DNA from: Pseudomonadota bacterium
GTDB lineage: Bacteria > Myxococcota_A > Polyangia > Fen-1088
Length of the DNA: 62,215 nt
Assembly (NCBI GenBank): GCA_023438785.1
Contig: JAEXQJ010000176.1
Span: forward strand, 1-62,215
Direction: 5' to 3'
Shown here piece after piece: positions 1-10,727 of this stretch. The position numbers and the translations under genes were made by a program. The notes under the pieces were generated by a model. The model was not told the origin of the DNA, searched no databases, and saw nothing but the letters and a program-made list of their open reading frames with translations. Within the stretch, counting starts at the first letter, position 1. Every line of letters starts with the position of its first letter.

Positions 1-1
1 G

Positions 2-673
2 AAGTGGCGCGCGCCCCGGTCGCCCGACCGAAGCGGGTGCCTGGTCGACCAGTCGAGTCGTAATCGCGGCTTGGGCTGCGCGTCGAGGCGACAGAATCCT
101 TCGCGTTTCTGCACGGGAACGAATCTCCCCTCCGGCGTCAAGCCCAGTTGGGGCGGCTTGCTGCCCCAGCTGCTCAGTTTCGAGCTGTGTCAGCGCATCC
201 GCCGCATCCTGAGCGAGGAGACCGCCTACCCATACTGTGATCCCGCCGCTGCAGCGGCTCTTCAGGAGCAGCGCGAAAACCTGGGACCACTGCTGGCGCG
301 CAGTGGTGCGCTTGGCATGCAGATGGACGACGACGTGGCGCGTGTCTGGACCTTCGCTGGCGGCCGCATCAACCACACCCTGAAGTACGCCCTGGAACTG
401 CTCGGCGGCTGGAAGGTGGTGGCCGACAACTTTCAACTGCGCATCCACGGGGCCGGCATCTCGCACGCCACCGTCGACGGGGTGATGGCCCAAATGCGCA
501 GCCCCGAGCTCTGGTCCGACCCCGAGCTTCGCGGCAAGCTGCTCGCCCGCGTGCCGCCGTTCCGCCTAGGTAAGTTCCAGCCGGCGCTTCCAGACGCCTT
601 CGCCACTGAGGTGGTCGGCGCTCATCTGTTGGATTTCGAAGGCGCGGCCCGCCTTCTGAGTCGGACGGGGTAA
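2..673 (+). CDS. C-terminal fragment of a larger protein, possibly the C-terminal domain of an Lhr-type DEAD/DEAH helicase; the start lies left of the window
   Basis: The frame is open from nt 2 to TAA 671-673, so the TTG at 71 in the ORF track is probably internal. The tail WTFAGGRINHTLKYALE...FRLGKFQPALPDAF resembles, from memory only, the DEAD-associated C-terminal region of Lhr-like helicases. Confidence 0.4.
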   Translation, partial: KWRAPRSPDRSGCLVDQSSRNRGLGCASRRQNPSRFCTGTNLPSGVKPSWGGLLPQLLSFELCQRIRRILSEETAYPYCDPAAAAALQEQRENLGPLLARSGALGMQMDDDVARVWTFAGGRINHTLKYALELLGGWKVVADNFQLRIHGAGISHATVDGVMAQMRSPELWSDPELRGKLLARVPPFRLGKFQPALPDAFATEVVGAHLLDFEGAARLLSRTG

Positions 674-781
674 CCCGGCCCTGCTGAGTCCCAGCTCTGC
701 ATCGACGCGAGGGAAATGCGCCCGCGGAGCCGGGCGCTTCGCGGGCTGGCCCGGTCCGCGGCCGCCCGTACGCTTGGATTC

Positions 782-1264
782 ATGGACACACGTGAGCGAG
801 AGCGGACGCGGGGCGGAAGACATGGGGCGCCAGGGCTGGGCCTGGCGGTCCTGGCCACGGTGGGGCTGGCCGACTTCACTTTGATCTCGCTGCGCCAGCT
901 CGGGGTCATTCGCCACCTGCCCGAGATACCGGTGCGCAGCTTCGATAGCGACCACGTGAACACTTCGGCGCAGGCCTACACGCTCGGGATTCCCGACGGG
1001 CCGATGGGGGCCGGCCTGTACGTCGCGATCCTGGGGCTGCTCGGCGGGCGCGGGTCCCGAAGGCCGATTTTCGACGTGCTGTTGGGGGCAGCGGCGCTGG
1101 CGGGCGTGGGCGGGGCAGCCAAGCACCTCGGCGACATGATCCGGGTGGAGAAAAAGGGCTGCACCTACTGCCTGGTCGGGGCCGGCATCAACTTCGCGAT
1201 AGCCGCCCTTGCCATGCCTCGCCTCATTCGTGCCGTTGGTGGGCTTGCCCGGCGGGGAAGGTGA
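782..1264 (+). CDS. small polytopic membrane protein with a helix-embedded CxxC motif (VKOR-family-like thiol oxidoreductase)
   Basis: ATG 782 (MDTRERE...) is followed by several hydrophobic helices. A CTYC motif sits at the start of the last helix (KKGCTYCLVGAGINF). The loop cysteine pair of canonical VKOR is not visible, so the family call is tentative. Confidence 0.45.
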   Translation: MDTRERERTRGGRHGAPGLGLAVLATVGLADFTLISLRQLGVIRHLPEIPVRSFDSDHVNTSAQAYTLGIPDGPMGAGLYVAILGLLGGRGSRRPIFDVLLGAAALAGVGGAAKHLGDMIRVEKKGCTYCLVGAGINFAIAALAMPRLIRAVGGLARRGR

Positions 1265-1294
1265 GCAGCACGGCCAGGCAGTCCTTGAACTCGG

Positions 1295-1367
1295 TCGGGG
1301 CGGCGGGATTCGAACCCACGACATCCTGCTCCCAAAGCAGGCGCGCTACCAACTGCGCTACGCCCCG
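1295..1367 (-). tRNA. tRNA-Pro (anticodon TGG)
   Basis: The reverse complement reads CGGGGCG-TA-GCGC-AGTTGGTA-GCGC-G-CCTGC-TTTGGGA-GCAGG-ATGTC-GTGGG-TTCGAAT-CCCGC-CGCCCCG-A. This is a canonical 73-nt cloverleaf with a 7-bp acceptor stem, a TTCGAAT T-loop and anticodon TGG in a 7-nt loop. Only CC of the CCA tail is encoded (1293-1294). Confidence 0.93.
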
Positions 1368-1419
1368 TCTCCCGTCCGGCGACGGAAGGGGCGCGACTAT
1401 AGCAGAAAACGGGTGCGCG

Positions 1420-2019
1420 TCAGCGCGTGGGTGAAAGGGCGCGGGCCAGGGCGCGGAAGGCTTGGGCCCGGTGCGAGAGGCGGTTCTTCTCGTCGAGGGT
1501 GATCTCGGCCATGGTGCGGTCGAGCGACTCGATGAAGAACAGCGGATCGTAGCCGAAGCCGCCCGTGCCGCGCGGGGCGTCCAGGATGCGGCCCTCGCAG
1601 GCGCCCGAGCGGGTCACTTCCAGGCCGCGGGCGGGGTCCACGAAGGCGGCCACGCAGCGGTAGCGGGCCGTACGGCGGGGCGCGGGGACGCCTCCCAGCT
1701 CGCGCAGCATCTTGGCGTTGTTGCGGGCGTCGTCGCAGGGCTCGCCGCTCCAGCGGGCGGAGTACACGCCGGGCGCGCCGGCCAGGGCGTCCACTTCGAT
1801 GCCCGAGTCGTCGGCGATGGCGGGCAGGGCACACGCGGCGGCGGCTTGGCGGGCCTTGGCCAGGGCGTTGCCCTCGAAGGTGGCCTCGTCTTCGTGCAGC
1901 TCGGCGGCCGGGGCCACCTTGTCGATGGTCAGCAGGTCCCAGTCCAGGCCGGCCTCGGCCAGCAGAACGCCGATCTCGTGCACCTTGTGGTGGTTGCGGC
2001 TGGCGACGACGACCTTCAT
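1420..2019 (-). CDS. rdgB: non-canonical purine NTP pyrophosphatase (RdgB/HAM1 family)
   Basis: Starts [16 protein letters not shown] and carries [19 protein letters not shown] and GFGYDPLF motifs. Its ATG (2017-2019) overlaps the rph stop as ATGA. The 297-aa track ORF is an upstream extension into rph. Confidence 0.9.
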   Translation of the reverse strand: MKVVVASRNHHKVHEIGVLLAEAGLDWDLLTIDKVAPAAELHEDEATFEGNALAKARQAAAACALPAIADDSGIEVDALAGAPGVYSARWSGEPCDDARNNAKMLRELGGVPAPRRTARYRCVAAFVDPARGLEVTRSGACEGRILDAPRGTGGFGYDPLFFIESLDRTMAEITLDEKNRLSHRAQAFRALARALSPTR

Positions 2020-2729
2020 GGCTGACGGGCCGCTTTGAGCGCCTCCTGCTGGAGGGCAAAGAGCTGCCTGGCCCCCAGGTTGGCCAGGTTGACCAATTTG
2101 CCGTAGTCCTCGGGCGAGAAGGGCTCCCCCTCGGCCGTGCCCTGGATTTCGATGAATTGGCCCGCGTCGGTGAGGACGAAATTGAAGTCCACGTCGGCCT
2201 TCGAATCCTCTTCGTAGGCCAGATCCAGGCGCGGCTCGCCGTCCACGATGCCCACGGATACCGCGGCCACGGCGCGGAGCATGGGATCCTTCTTCAGGCT
2301 TTCGGCCTTGCACAGGCGGCGCACGGCCAGGGCCAATGCCACCCAGCCACCCGTGATGGCCGCCGTCCGCGTGCCCCCGTCGGCCTGAATCACGTCGCAG
2401 TCCACCGTGATCTGTCGTGGTCCCAGGTGGGCGGTCTTGACGGCCGCCCGCAAGGCGCGACCGATGAGCCGCTGAATCTCCTGGCCTCGGCCCCCCGGGT
2501 TGCGATTCGAGCGGGTGTGGGTGGAACGCGGCAACATGGCGTACTCGGCGGTGACCCAGCCTTTGCCTTGTCCTTCGAGGAAGGGCGGAATCTTGTTCTC
2601 CACCGAGGCGGTGCAGATCACCTTGGTCTCGCCGAATTCCACCAGAACGGAGCCTTCCGCGTAGCGGTTGAAGTCAGGAGTGATGCGCACGGGGCGCAGT
2701 GCATCGGGGGTACGGCCGTCGGGACGCAT
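2016..2729 (-). CDS. rph: ribonuclease PH
   Basis: [17 protein letters not shown]..., [17 protein letters not shown], and [19 protein letters not shown] are classic RNase PH motifs. The start at MRPDG (2729) is preferred over the ORF-track ATG at 2747. Confidence 0.93.
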   Translation of the reverse strand: MRPDGRTPDALRPVRITPDFNRYAEGSVLVEFGETKVICTASVENKIPPFLEGQGKGWVTAEYAMLPRSTHTRSNRNPGGRGQEIQRLIGRALRAAVKTAHLGPRQITVDCDVIQADGGTRTAAITGGWVALALAVRRLCKAESLKKDPMLRAVAAVSVGIVDGEPRLDLAYEEDSKADVDFNFVLTDAGQFIEIQGTAEGEPFSPEDYGKLVNLANLGARQLFALQQEALKAARQP

Positions 2730-2818
2730 GGTCGGGGGAGAATCCACGTCGGCACGCGCGCTGTCAACGAGTGCTGCCGTTGATCAGTGGTGCTTCGCAT
2801 GCAACATTGAGCGCCCCG

Positions 2819-3964
<1,146 letters not shown>

Positions 3965-3973
<9 letters not shown>

Positions 3974-4330
3974 ACCGCGCCGTACGCACTGGCGGTAGGG
4001 CACGCCGCCGGGCGGGGCAGGGACCTCTCGGCATTCCTCGTCGCGCGGGCAATCGGGATCCTCTTCGCAGGAAATGGAGACGGCCAGCCAGCCGCCGGCC
4101 GCGATCACGGCGGCCACGCCGATGGCGGTGGTGATGAGGCCCGCGGTGGCCAGGTTGTCCCTGTCCTGGCGGTCGCCCACCGCCCACGTGGTCCCGCCTC
4201 CGACGAGCAGGGTGGTCCCGATAGCTGCCAGGGTTTTGGGACCCGAGTAGGGGCGCGCGCACCCGCTCGACACCAGGCCGGCGAGGCCGAGGACGAGGAG
4301 GGCGCGCGACAGGGCAGAGAAGCGCGGCAT
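3965..4330 (-). CDS. hypothetical lipoprotein with a C-terminal Cys/acidic segment
   Basis: The signal peptide carries a lipobox (LAGLVSSGC), followed by Gly/Thr-rich hydrophobic stretches and the tail CEEDPDCPRDEEC. The 3' end overlaps the convergent kinase gene by 9 nt. Confidence 0.55.
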
Positions 4331-4422
4331 GTGCGAGCATTTTGCCATCGCGGCCTCGGGTTCCGGGCAGGTTTTCGTGCTCCTTCTTTGGCCTCCCGCG
4401 GGGCGTCGCGTATGCTCCCCGG

Positions 4423-4968
4423 GTGCGTGTCATTGGCCTCTTGCTCGCTGCGCTTCCGCTCTTCGTCGCGTCGCGTGCCCGTGCGGAGGGTGACGAGCTT
4501 TTGCGCGGCCCCTTCCCCTTCCTGAACGAGAACGAGCTCTCGGTGCACGCGGGCTACGCCGTGGGCTTGGGCCAGGCGCCGAGCGGCACGCGGGCCCAGG
4601 TTGACTATGGCCTGGCCCTGCAGCGTGGCCCCTGGGTCGACATCCAGATGGGCATGGTGGCCGGGCACTGCGCGGGCGACTGCGGCGCCGAGGGGGGCAA
4701 ATCCGTCGATGTGTTGGCCGGCCTCAAGTGGAAATTCCAGACCTCGGTGCCGGTCGTCCCCTACGGCAAGCTGGCCGTGGGGCCTGTCTTCCTGTTTCCG
4801 GACGACGCGTCGAACACGGCCGGTTTCTTGGTGCGAGGCGCGGTCGGGGCACACTACTTCTTCAACCATTGGCTGGGCCTGGGCGCCGAGATTTCGGGCG
4901 CCACGGGCTACGCCTCCGGCGCGCTGGGCAGCCTGGATTTCACGCTCGGCGCCGAGTTTCAGTTCTAA
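4423..4968 (+). CDS. hypothetical outer-membrane beta-barrel-like protein
   Basis: Candidate GTG start at 4423 (VRVIGLLLAALPLFVASRARAEG signal peptide). The sequence has an alternating beta-strand pattern and a terminal aromatic residue (...GAEFQF). The start is uncertain (ORF open from 4342). Confidence 0.55.
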   Translation: MRVIGLLLAALPLFVASRARAEGDELLRGPFPFLNENELSVHAGYAVGLGQAPSGTRAQVDYGLALQRGPWVDIQMGMVAGHCAGDCGAEGGKSVDVLAGLKWKFQTSVPVVPYGKLAVGPVFLFPDDASNTAGFLVRGAVGAHYFFNHWLGLGAEISGATGYASGALGSLDFTLGAEFQF

Positions 4969-6161
4969 TGACGCTCGCCATCGCTCGGGTCAATTCACAC
5001 GGTCGTACGCGCATCGCGACGGGGCACCCCTGGATCTACCGCCAGGATGTGATCGAGGGGCCGCCAACCGACGCGCGCACGGGCGGGCCCTCGCTGGTGC
5101 AGGTGCTCGACGAGCGGCGCCGGCCCCTGGCCCTTTGCACCTGGGCCGTGCAATCCCCGGTGGCGCTGCGGGTGCTGGGGCGCGAGCCCGGGGCCCACGA
5201 GCCTGAGCTGTTTGCCCTGGTGACCGAGCGGGTGCGGGCGGCGCGGGCGCGACGGCTGGCCCTCGGGCTGTCTCGCGATGCCTTCCGCGTGGTGCATGGC
5301 GAATCCGATGCCTTGCCCGGCCTCTTCGTCGATCAGTACGCGGACGTGGCCGTGGTGCAGACCACCTCGGTGGCCATGGACGCGCTCCGCCCGCGCCTCG
5401 CGGATTGGCTGCGCGCCGAATTGGGCATGCGCCTGGTGATCGCGCGCGAGGATGGCTCGGCCCGCGATTTCGAGGGGCTGACCCGTCTGCGCGAGATCGC
5501 GGCGGGCGAGGGGCCGGCGGTCGTGGAATACCGCCTGGGCGAGAACCGCCTGCAGGCCGATCTGTTGAGTGACAGCAAAACGGGGGGGTTCCTCGATCAG
5601 GCCGACAACCACGCCTTCGTGGCGGCCCTGGCGCCCGCCGGGGCGCGCTGCCTGGATGCCTTCACGTATCACGGCGGGTTCGCCCTGGCCCTGGCCCGCC
5701 GGGGCGGTCCGGTGCTAGCCACCGACGAGGACGCCAGCGCCGCCGGCCGCGCCCGCGCCAATGCCGAACGCAACGGCCTGACCAACATGCAGGCCCGCCA
5801 GGCCAACGCCTTCGACCTGCTGCGCACGCTGGAAGCCGGGCGCGAACGCTTCGACGTGGTGGTTCTGGATCCACCCGCCTTTGCCAAGCGCAAGGGCGGG
5901 GATGCGGCCGCGGATCGGGCCTATAAGGAGATCATGCTGCGCGGCCTGCGGTTGACCGCGCCCGGAGGCTTGGCCGTTCTGTGCTCGTGCTCGGGCCGGG
6001 TGTCACGTGCCCATTTCGATGAGCTGGTGGCCGAGGCCGCCGCCGACAGTGGCCGCCTGGTACAGGTCCTCGACCGCCGGGGCGCCGGCCGCGATCACCC
6101 CGAGCTGGTGGGCGTTCCCGAGACCGGGCACCTCAAGGTCTGGGTGTTGCGCGTCCTGTGA
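4968..6161 (+). CDS. class I SAM-dependent RNA methyltransferase, RlmI-like (PUA-like N-domain plus Rossmann methyltransferase)
   Basis: MTLAIARVNSHGRTRIATGHPWIYRQDV at the N-terminus, then FTYHGGFAL, the VVLDPPAFAKRK motif, and LVQVLDRRGAGRDHP near the C-terminus. The ATG overlaps the preceding stop (TAATG). Confidence 0.8.
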   Translation: MTLAIARVNSHGRTRIATGHPWIYRQDVIEGPPTDARTGGPSLVQVLDERRRPLALCTWAVQSPVALRVLGREPGAHEPELFALVTERVRAARARRLALGLSRDAFRVVHGESDALPGLFVDQYADVAVVQTTSVAMDALRPRLADWLRAELGMRLVIAREDGSARDFEGLTRLREIAAGEGPAVVEYRLGENRLQADLLSDSKTGGFLDQADNHAFVAALAPAGARCLDAFTYHGGFALALARRGGPVLATDEDASAAGRARANAERNGLTNMQARQANAFDLLRTLEAGRERFDVVVLDPPAFAKRKGGDAAADRAYKEIMLRGLRLTAPGGLAVLCSCSGRVSRAHFDELVAEAAADSGRLVQVLDRRGAGRDHPELVGVPETGHLKVWVLRVL

Positions 6162-6170
6162 GCGTCGGGG

Positions 6171-6878
6171 TCAGCCGAGACGCCGATCGGGAATGCCCCA
6201 GCTTTGCTTGATGGCAAGGAGCTCGCGCATCTGGGCGGGCGGGATGGGGTTGGGCTGGCCCACCTGGCCGGCCACCAGCACGGTCCGGCAGTAGGACTCG
6301 AGAATTTCCACACGGAAATAGGCCTCTTCCAGCGTGGGGCCCCAGGCCACCATGCCGTGGTTGGCCATCAGGACGGTGTTGTGCTCGACCATGAGCGCGG
6401 CGACCGCCTGACCGAGCTCGGGGCTGCCGGGCGTCAGGTAGGGGGCCAGGGGAACCTCGCCGCACACGAGCTCCATTTCGGGCAGCAGGCAACTGGGCGG
6501 GCTCACGCCGGCCGTGGCGAAACCGGTTGCGGTGGGCGGATGGGCATGCACACAGGCCAGAGCACGGGGCTGGGCCTCGTAGATTTCCAGGTGCATGAGC
6601 ACCTCGCTGGTGCGCTTCTTTGCGCCGGCCTTCTGCTGGCCTCGCATATCCACCAGGCACAGGTCGGCGGGCTTCATGAAGCCCTTGGAGGTCAGCGTGG
6701 GCGTGCACAGCACCAGGTCACGCGCCACGCGGGCCGAGAGATTGCCGCCGTTGCCGTCGACGTAGGCGCGCTGCCACAGCCGGCGCCCCATTTCGCAGAG
6801 CTGTTCCTTGACCTCGTTCAGCGCGGGCGAGGCGAAGAAGGCGGCGATCTCCGATTCGTTCACTTCAGGCAGGACCAT
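6171..6878 (-). CDS. class II aldolase/adducin-family protein
   Basis: GNGGNLSAR, a metal-binding VHAHPP motif and MANHGMVAWG are typical of the fuculose-phosphate aldolase fold family. The start is taken at MVLPEVN. Confidence 0.8.
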   Translation of the reverse strand: MVLPEVNESEIAAFFASPALNEVKEQLCEMGRRLWQRAYVDGNGGNLSARVARDLVLCTPTLTSKGFMKPADLCLVDMRGQQKAGAKKRTSEVLMHLEIYEAQPRALACVHAHPPTATGFATAGVSPPSCLLPEMELVCGEVPLAPYLTPGSPELGQAVAALMVEHNTVLMANHGMVAWGPTLEEAYFRVEILESYCRTVLVAGQVGQPNPIPPAQMRELLAIKQSWGIPDRRLG

Positions 6879-6935
6879 GCCCGCATCTGACCTGGAATCA
6901 GGGGGCGCGCGCAAGGCCGCAGCAGCGATCGGTCC

Positions 6936-7844
6936 TTACGACACGAGCAGGAACGAGGCGCGGGCGTGTTGGAGGAGCCGCGGGGTCACGCTGCCGGCCC
7001 AGAAGGCTTGCGTGGCGCTCAGGCCGTGGGTGCCGAGGACGATGAGATCGGCGGGCAGCTCGGCACTCACCCGCAGCAGCTCCTCGCCGGGGGTGCCGCG
7101 CGTCACGAGGCCCGAGGCGGTCAGGCCCGCGTCACGCAGCTCGGTGATGCGCGCCGCCAGATAGGCGGACGCTCCCTGTTCGGCCAATCGCAGGAGTTCG
7201 TCGGTGGCCCGGGGCATGAGCGTGGCGGTGAGCGAGTTCGCGCCGCGCAGGCCGTGAGGGGTGGGCACCACGCGCACCAGGGTGAGCGGGGCTTGGAGCT
7301 GGCGAGCCAGGTCGCCGGCCACAGGCAGTCCCTTTTCGTGCTCGGGCTCGCCGTCCAGAGGCACGAGGATGTGGTGGAACGGGAAGGACACGCAGCCGGC
7401 GTCACCCGGCTGGGCCAGCAGCACCGGAACGCGTGGCCGACCACGCAGATCGTGGACGAGCTGCTGGCCCAAGTTGCCCAGGAAGCGCTCCTTCCACCAC
7501 TGGTCACCGTGCGCGCACATGACGACCAGATCGGGCCGCAGCTCCTCGGCGTGAGCGGCTAGGCTGTGGGCCACGTCATGCACGGCCTGCTCGTGCACGT
7601 GCCAGTCCACGCTGATTTCGCGGGGGAAGGCCGTGGCCGCTACTCGGTGCAGGTAACCCTCGGCCGCGGCCGCATCGTGCAAATGGGCTTGGCCGTGTTT
7701 GGCGATGGGAGCGTCCTCTTCCAGCACGTGCAGGAGGGTGAGGCGTGCGCCACTCGCCTGGGCCAGCCACCGCGCCACGGGCAGGACTTGCTCGGCCAGC
7801 GCCGTGCCGTCGAGGGGAACCAGCAGATGCCGAAAGGCCATCAT
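6936..7844 (-). CDS. tandem universal stress protein (two UspA domains)
   Basis: There are two repeats of the HILVPLDGS.....VLGTHG pattern (HLLVPLDGT...MCAHG and HILVPLDGE...VLGTHG...GSVT). The start overlaps the mntH stop. Confidence 0.85.
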   Translation of the reverse strand: MMAFRHLLVPLDGTALAEQVLPVARWLAQASGARLTLLHVLEEDAPIAKHGQAHLHDAAAAEGYLHRVAATAFPREISVDWHVHEQAVHDVAHSLAAHAEELRPDLVVMCAHGDQWWKERFLGNLGQQLVHDLRGRPRVPVLLAQPGDAGCVSFPFHHILVPLDGEPEHEKGLPVAGDLARQLQAPLTLVRVVPTPHGLRGANSLTATLMPRATDELLRLAEQGASAYLAARITELRDAGLTASGLVTRGTPGEELLRVSAELPADLIVLGTHGLSATQAFWAGSVTPRLLQHARASFLLVS

Positions 7845-9142
7845 GAACCTCCCAGGGTTTGCACGAGTAGGTAGGCGTTCAGCCCTACGATGAGGGCCGC
7901 AATGGCCAGCGCCACGACGGTGGTGGCCTTGTGGTTCACCAGATCACCCATGATGGTGCGACGACTGGTGAAGACCACGAGCGGCACGATGGCGAAGGGC
8001 AGGGCGAAGCTGAGGACCACCTGACTGATGATCAAGGTTCGCGTCGGATCGAGACCGAGCAGGATGACCACCAGGGCCGGGGCCATGGTGATGCCTCGAC
8101 GCAGCCACAGCGGAAGCTGGCGGCGCAGAAAGCCCTGCATGATCACCTGGCCGGACATGGTGCCCACGGTGGAGCTGGACAGCCCGGCAGCCAGCAGCGA
8201 GATGGCGAAGATGGTCCCCGCGGCGCGACCGAGCAGGGGCTGCAAGGTCAGGTAGGCGTTCTCGATGACGTTGCCACCGTGCACGCCGCCGGCGGGGAAG
8301 ACCGCGGCGGCCATGATCAGAATGGCGGCGTTGATGGCCCCCGCCAGCCCCATGGCCAGCAGCACGTCCACGAACTCGAAGCGCAGCAGGCGCCGCTTGG
8401 CACGCTGGTCGTGCAGGACGATGCGCCCTTGCGTCAGCGCCGAGTGCAAGAAGACCACGTGAGGCATGACGGTGGCACCCAGAATCCCCGCGGCCAGGAG
8501 CAGCCCTTGCGGCCCGCCGAAGCTGGGCACCACGGCGTGACGGGCGATCTGCCGCCAATCGGGGCGGGCCAGCACCAATTCCAAGAGGTAGCAGCCCGCG
8601 ATAAGCACCACCAGCACGGTGATCACCGCTTCGATGCGGCGAAAGCCGTAGCGCTCCATGCCCAGGAGGAGGAAGGTGGCGACGGCCGTGAGCACGCCGG
8701 CCAGCCCCAGCGGTATGCCGAAGAGGAGGTGGAAGCCCAGCGCGGCCCCGAGGAATTCGGCCAGATCGGTGGCCATGGCCGCGAGCTCCATGATAGCCCA
8801 CACGATCCCGTTCAGGGATCGCGGCAGGTGCAGACGGCAGTGCTCGGCCAGGTTGTGGCCGGTGGCGATGCCCAGCTTGGCCGACAGCGTCTGGATGACC
8901 ACCGCCATCACGTTGCTCACCACCACGACCCACAGCAGCCGGTAGCCCAGCCGCGCGCCCGCCTCCAGGTTGGTGGCGAAGTTGCCCGGGTCCACGTAGG
9001 CCACGGACGCGACGAGGGCGGGGCCCAAGAAGGGGGAAATGCGCCGGAACCATGGGCGCTGCTGTCCGTCGCCCGAGAGGACCTGCACCGCCGCGGTCAC
9101 GGTCGAGCGATCACTGTCGGTGGGCTGCCCGCGTGCGCTCAT
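7841..9142 (-). CDS. mntH: Nramp-family divalent metal (Mn2+/Fe2+) transporter
   Basis: AYVDPGNFATNLEAGA (DPGN signature) and about 11 hydrophobic helices. The start is taken at MSARGQ (9142). The 617-aa track ORF extends upstream into the divergent lipoprotein gene and is rejected. Confidence 0.9.
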   Translation of the reverse strand: MSARGQPTDSDRSTVTAAVQVLSGDGQQRPWFRRISPFLGPALVASVAYVDPGNFATNLEAGARLGYRLLWVVVVSNVMAVVIQTLSAKLGIATGHNLAEHCRLHLPRSLNGIVWAIMELAAMATDLAEFLGAALGFHLLFGIPLGLAGVLTAVATFLLLGMERYGFRRIEAVITVLVVLIAGCYLLELVLARPDWRQIARHAVVPSFGGPQGLLLAAGILGATVMPHVVFLHSALTQGRIVLHDQRAKRRLLRFEFVDVLLAMGLAGAINAAILIMAAAVFPAGGVHGGNVIENAYLTLQPLLGRAAGTIFAISLLAAGLSSSTVGTMSGQVIMQGFLRRQLPLWLRRGITMAPALVVILLGLDPTRTLIISQVVLSFALPFAIVPLVVFTSRRTIMGDLVNHKATTVVALAIAALIVGLNAYLLVQTLGGS

Positions 9143-9251
9143 GCGCGCCAGTGTAGCAGGCGCTCCTGAGGGCCGGAGCGAGCCGATCGGCGCGGGCACC
9201 GAACCGCCGCGCCTGGCCCTGCGCGGTGGCCACCTATGGTACGGTCCGGCC

Positions 9252-10025
9252 ATGCTCCGTTCAGCCATGTTCCCCGTTCTGTTCCTTGCCGGGTGTGCGA
9301 CGCCGCAAGCGTCGGTGGCCAGCTCGTCGGGAGCGGGCGCTGCCGTCTCTTCCGGCCCCACCCTCATCGAGGAGCGGCCGCTCTCGGTGCCGCGGCGGGC
9401 GCGCACCACGGATGCGGTGGACCTGGTCCTGCGGCCAGATGTCATCACGGCTGACTTCGCGGTTCGCGAGCTACGCGCCACCTCGTCCGACGCTTTGACA
9501 GCGGCGCGACAGACCTTCACCGGGGTGACCGAGCGGCTGAGCAAGTGGGTGGGGCGCCCCGTCCGCGTCTCGCCCCGTGGCGTGGTGGCGGAGCCGATGG
9601 CCAAGGGCGTGGCGGTCACCGTGGATGGCGGCCTGGAATTCGATCTGCCGGCTGAGCTGGATTTCTGGGGCCGCAGCCAGTTCCTCACCGCCATTCAGGA
9701 GACCACGGCTGCCCTGGCCATCTCGCTCAGCTCCCCCGGGGTGAGCGCGCTGCGTTTCGAGGGCATCTCCCCGGGCGTGAAGAACCCTGAGCTCTATCGG
9801 CCGCTGCTCGTCGAGCGGTGGGTGGCCCAGGCCCGTGGGTTCGCCTCGCAGGCGCAGACCCAACAGGCACCGCTGGTCTTGGTCGACTGCGCGCCGCCTG
9901 GCTCGGTCACGCAGGTCTTTGTCTCGGTGGAGGAGGTGAGACTGCAACTGGCCGTGAGTTGCCGCATCGATGTGCCACCCGCCCCGGCCCGCCTCGACGA
10001 GCCCGTTACAACCGGCTCTCGCTAG
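9252..10025 (+). CDS. hypothetical lipoprotein
   Basis: MLRSAMFPVLFLAGC lipobox signal. No motif recognised beyond that. The 3' end overlaps the convergent GNAT gene by 20 nt. Confidence 0.55.
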   Translation: MLRSAMFPVLFLAGCATPQASVASSSGAGAAVSSGPTLIEERPLSVPRRARTTDAVDLVLRPDVITADFAVRELRATSSDALTAARQTFTGVTERLSKWVGRPVRVSPRGVVAEPMAKGVAVTVDGGLEFDLPAELDFWGRSQFLTAIQETTAALAISLSSPGVSALRFEGISPGVKNPELYRPLLVERWVAQARGFASQAQTQQAPLVLVDCAPPGSVTQVFVSVEEVRLQLAVSCRIDVPPAPARLDEPVTTGSR

Positions 10026-10506
10026 CGCGCGGGTCCAGGTCCTTCGCCAGCTCGACCACGGTCGGGCGGAAGCCGAGCGAACGGACCAGGGCCTGCGAGG
10101 GCTCGTTCTGCCAGGCCGTGGTCGTGACGATCAGACGGACCTCCAGGGCGGAGAGTCGGCAAATGCATTCGCGCAGCATGGCCCTGCCCAGCCCCTGTCG
10201 GCGGGCGCTCTCGACGACGAAGAGATCGTGCAGACGCCCGCAACGATCGCGCAGCTCGGCCCAGTTGCGCTCTTCGACGGCAGCGTATGCGTACGCGACG
10301 ATCTCGCTGCCGTGGGTGGCAACCACGAGGACGGTCTCCGGCTGTCCGAGTTGGCTGGCGAAATAGCGGGCGTAGCCAGCCTCTATCCCGTCGGGCATCA
10401 TCCAGCGCCGCGGGTCGTAGTCATGATGAAGTCGAACCAGGCGGCCCGCCAGGCGACCGACGGCCTGCAGATCTTCGGGGCGCATATCGCGAATCGTGAA
10501 GGCCAT
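10006..10506 (-). CDS. GNAT-family N-acetyltransferase
   Basis: The acetyl-CoA binding motif VVESARRQGLGRAML (R/Q-x-x-G-x-G/A) lies in a 166-aa protein of typical GNAT size. Confidence 0.85.
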   Translation of the reverse strand: MAFTIRDMRPEDLQAVGRLAGRLVRLHHDYDPRRWMMPDGIEAGYARYFASQLGQPETVLVVATHGSEIVAYAYAAVEERNWAELRDRCGRLHDLFVVESARRQGLGRAMLRECICRLSALEVRLIVTTTAWQNEPSQALVRSLGFRPTVVELAKDLDPRASESRL

Positions 10507-10696
10507 GCCTCATTCATAGCACCGTCGCTGCGCTGTTCTTTGCCGCTTCCGCCCGCAGGCGTGGCTTGAGCTGAGTGCGTAGTTATACTGGTTTCGAATA
10601 GCGGGGGGCGAGACGTGCGACGGCTGTTTCATGTCCCGGGGTCGTGGGAGACACGTCGCCAGATCCCTGCTCCGCCCCGCGAGGGATTTGGCGGGT

Positions 10697-10715
10697 CTTG
10701 TGAGCTTCTCACAAG
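10697..10715 (+). promoter_or_regulatory. perfect 8-bp inverted repeat abutting the ribosome-binding site of the DUF4142-like gene (candidate operator or 5'-UTR hairpin)
   Basis: CTTGTGAG-CTT-CTCACAAG at 10697-10715, directly followed by GGAAGGAGG (10715-10723) and ATG 10728. Confidence 0.25.
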
Positions 10716-10727
10716 GAAGGAGGCAGT

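Noticed and set aside
1265-1420. tRNA-Pro as a possible integration hotspot for a mobile element
   Set aside because: There is no integrase, no duplicated tRNA 3' half and no compositional break next to it. The flanking genes (a VKOR-like gene, rdgB-rph) are ordinary.
7931-9169. 412-aa plus-strand ORF, and the 369-aa minus-strand ORF at 7944-9053
   Set aside because: Both overlap mntH in other frames. Only the mntH frame gives Nramp motifs and transmembrane helices.
9143-9694. N-terminal 184-codon extension of the mntH ORF (the track gives 7841..9694)
   Set aside because: The extension overlaps the divergent lipoprotein gene, is Arg/Ser/Thr-rich, and precedes a sensible MSARGQ start just ahead of the first Nramp helix.
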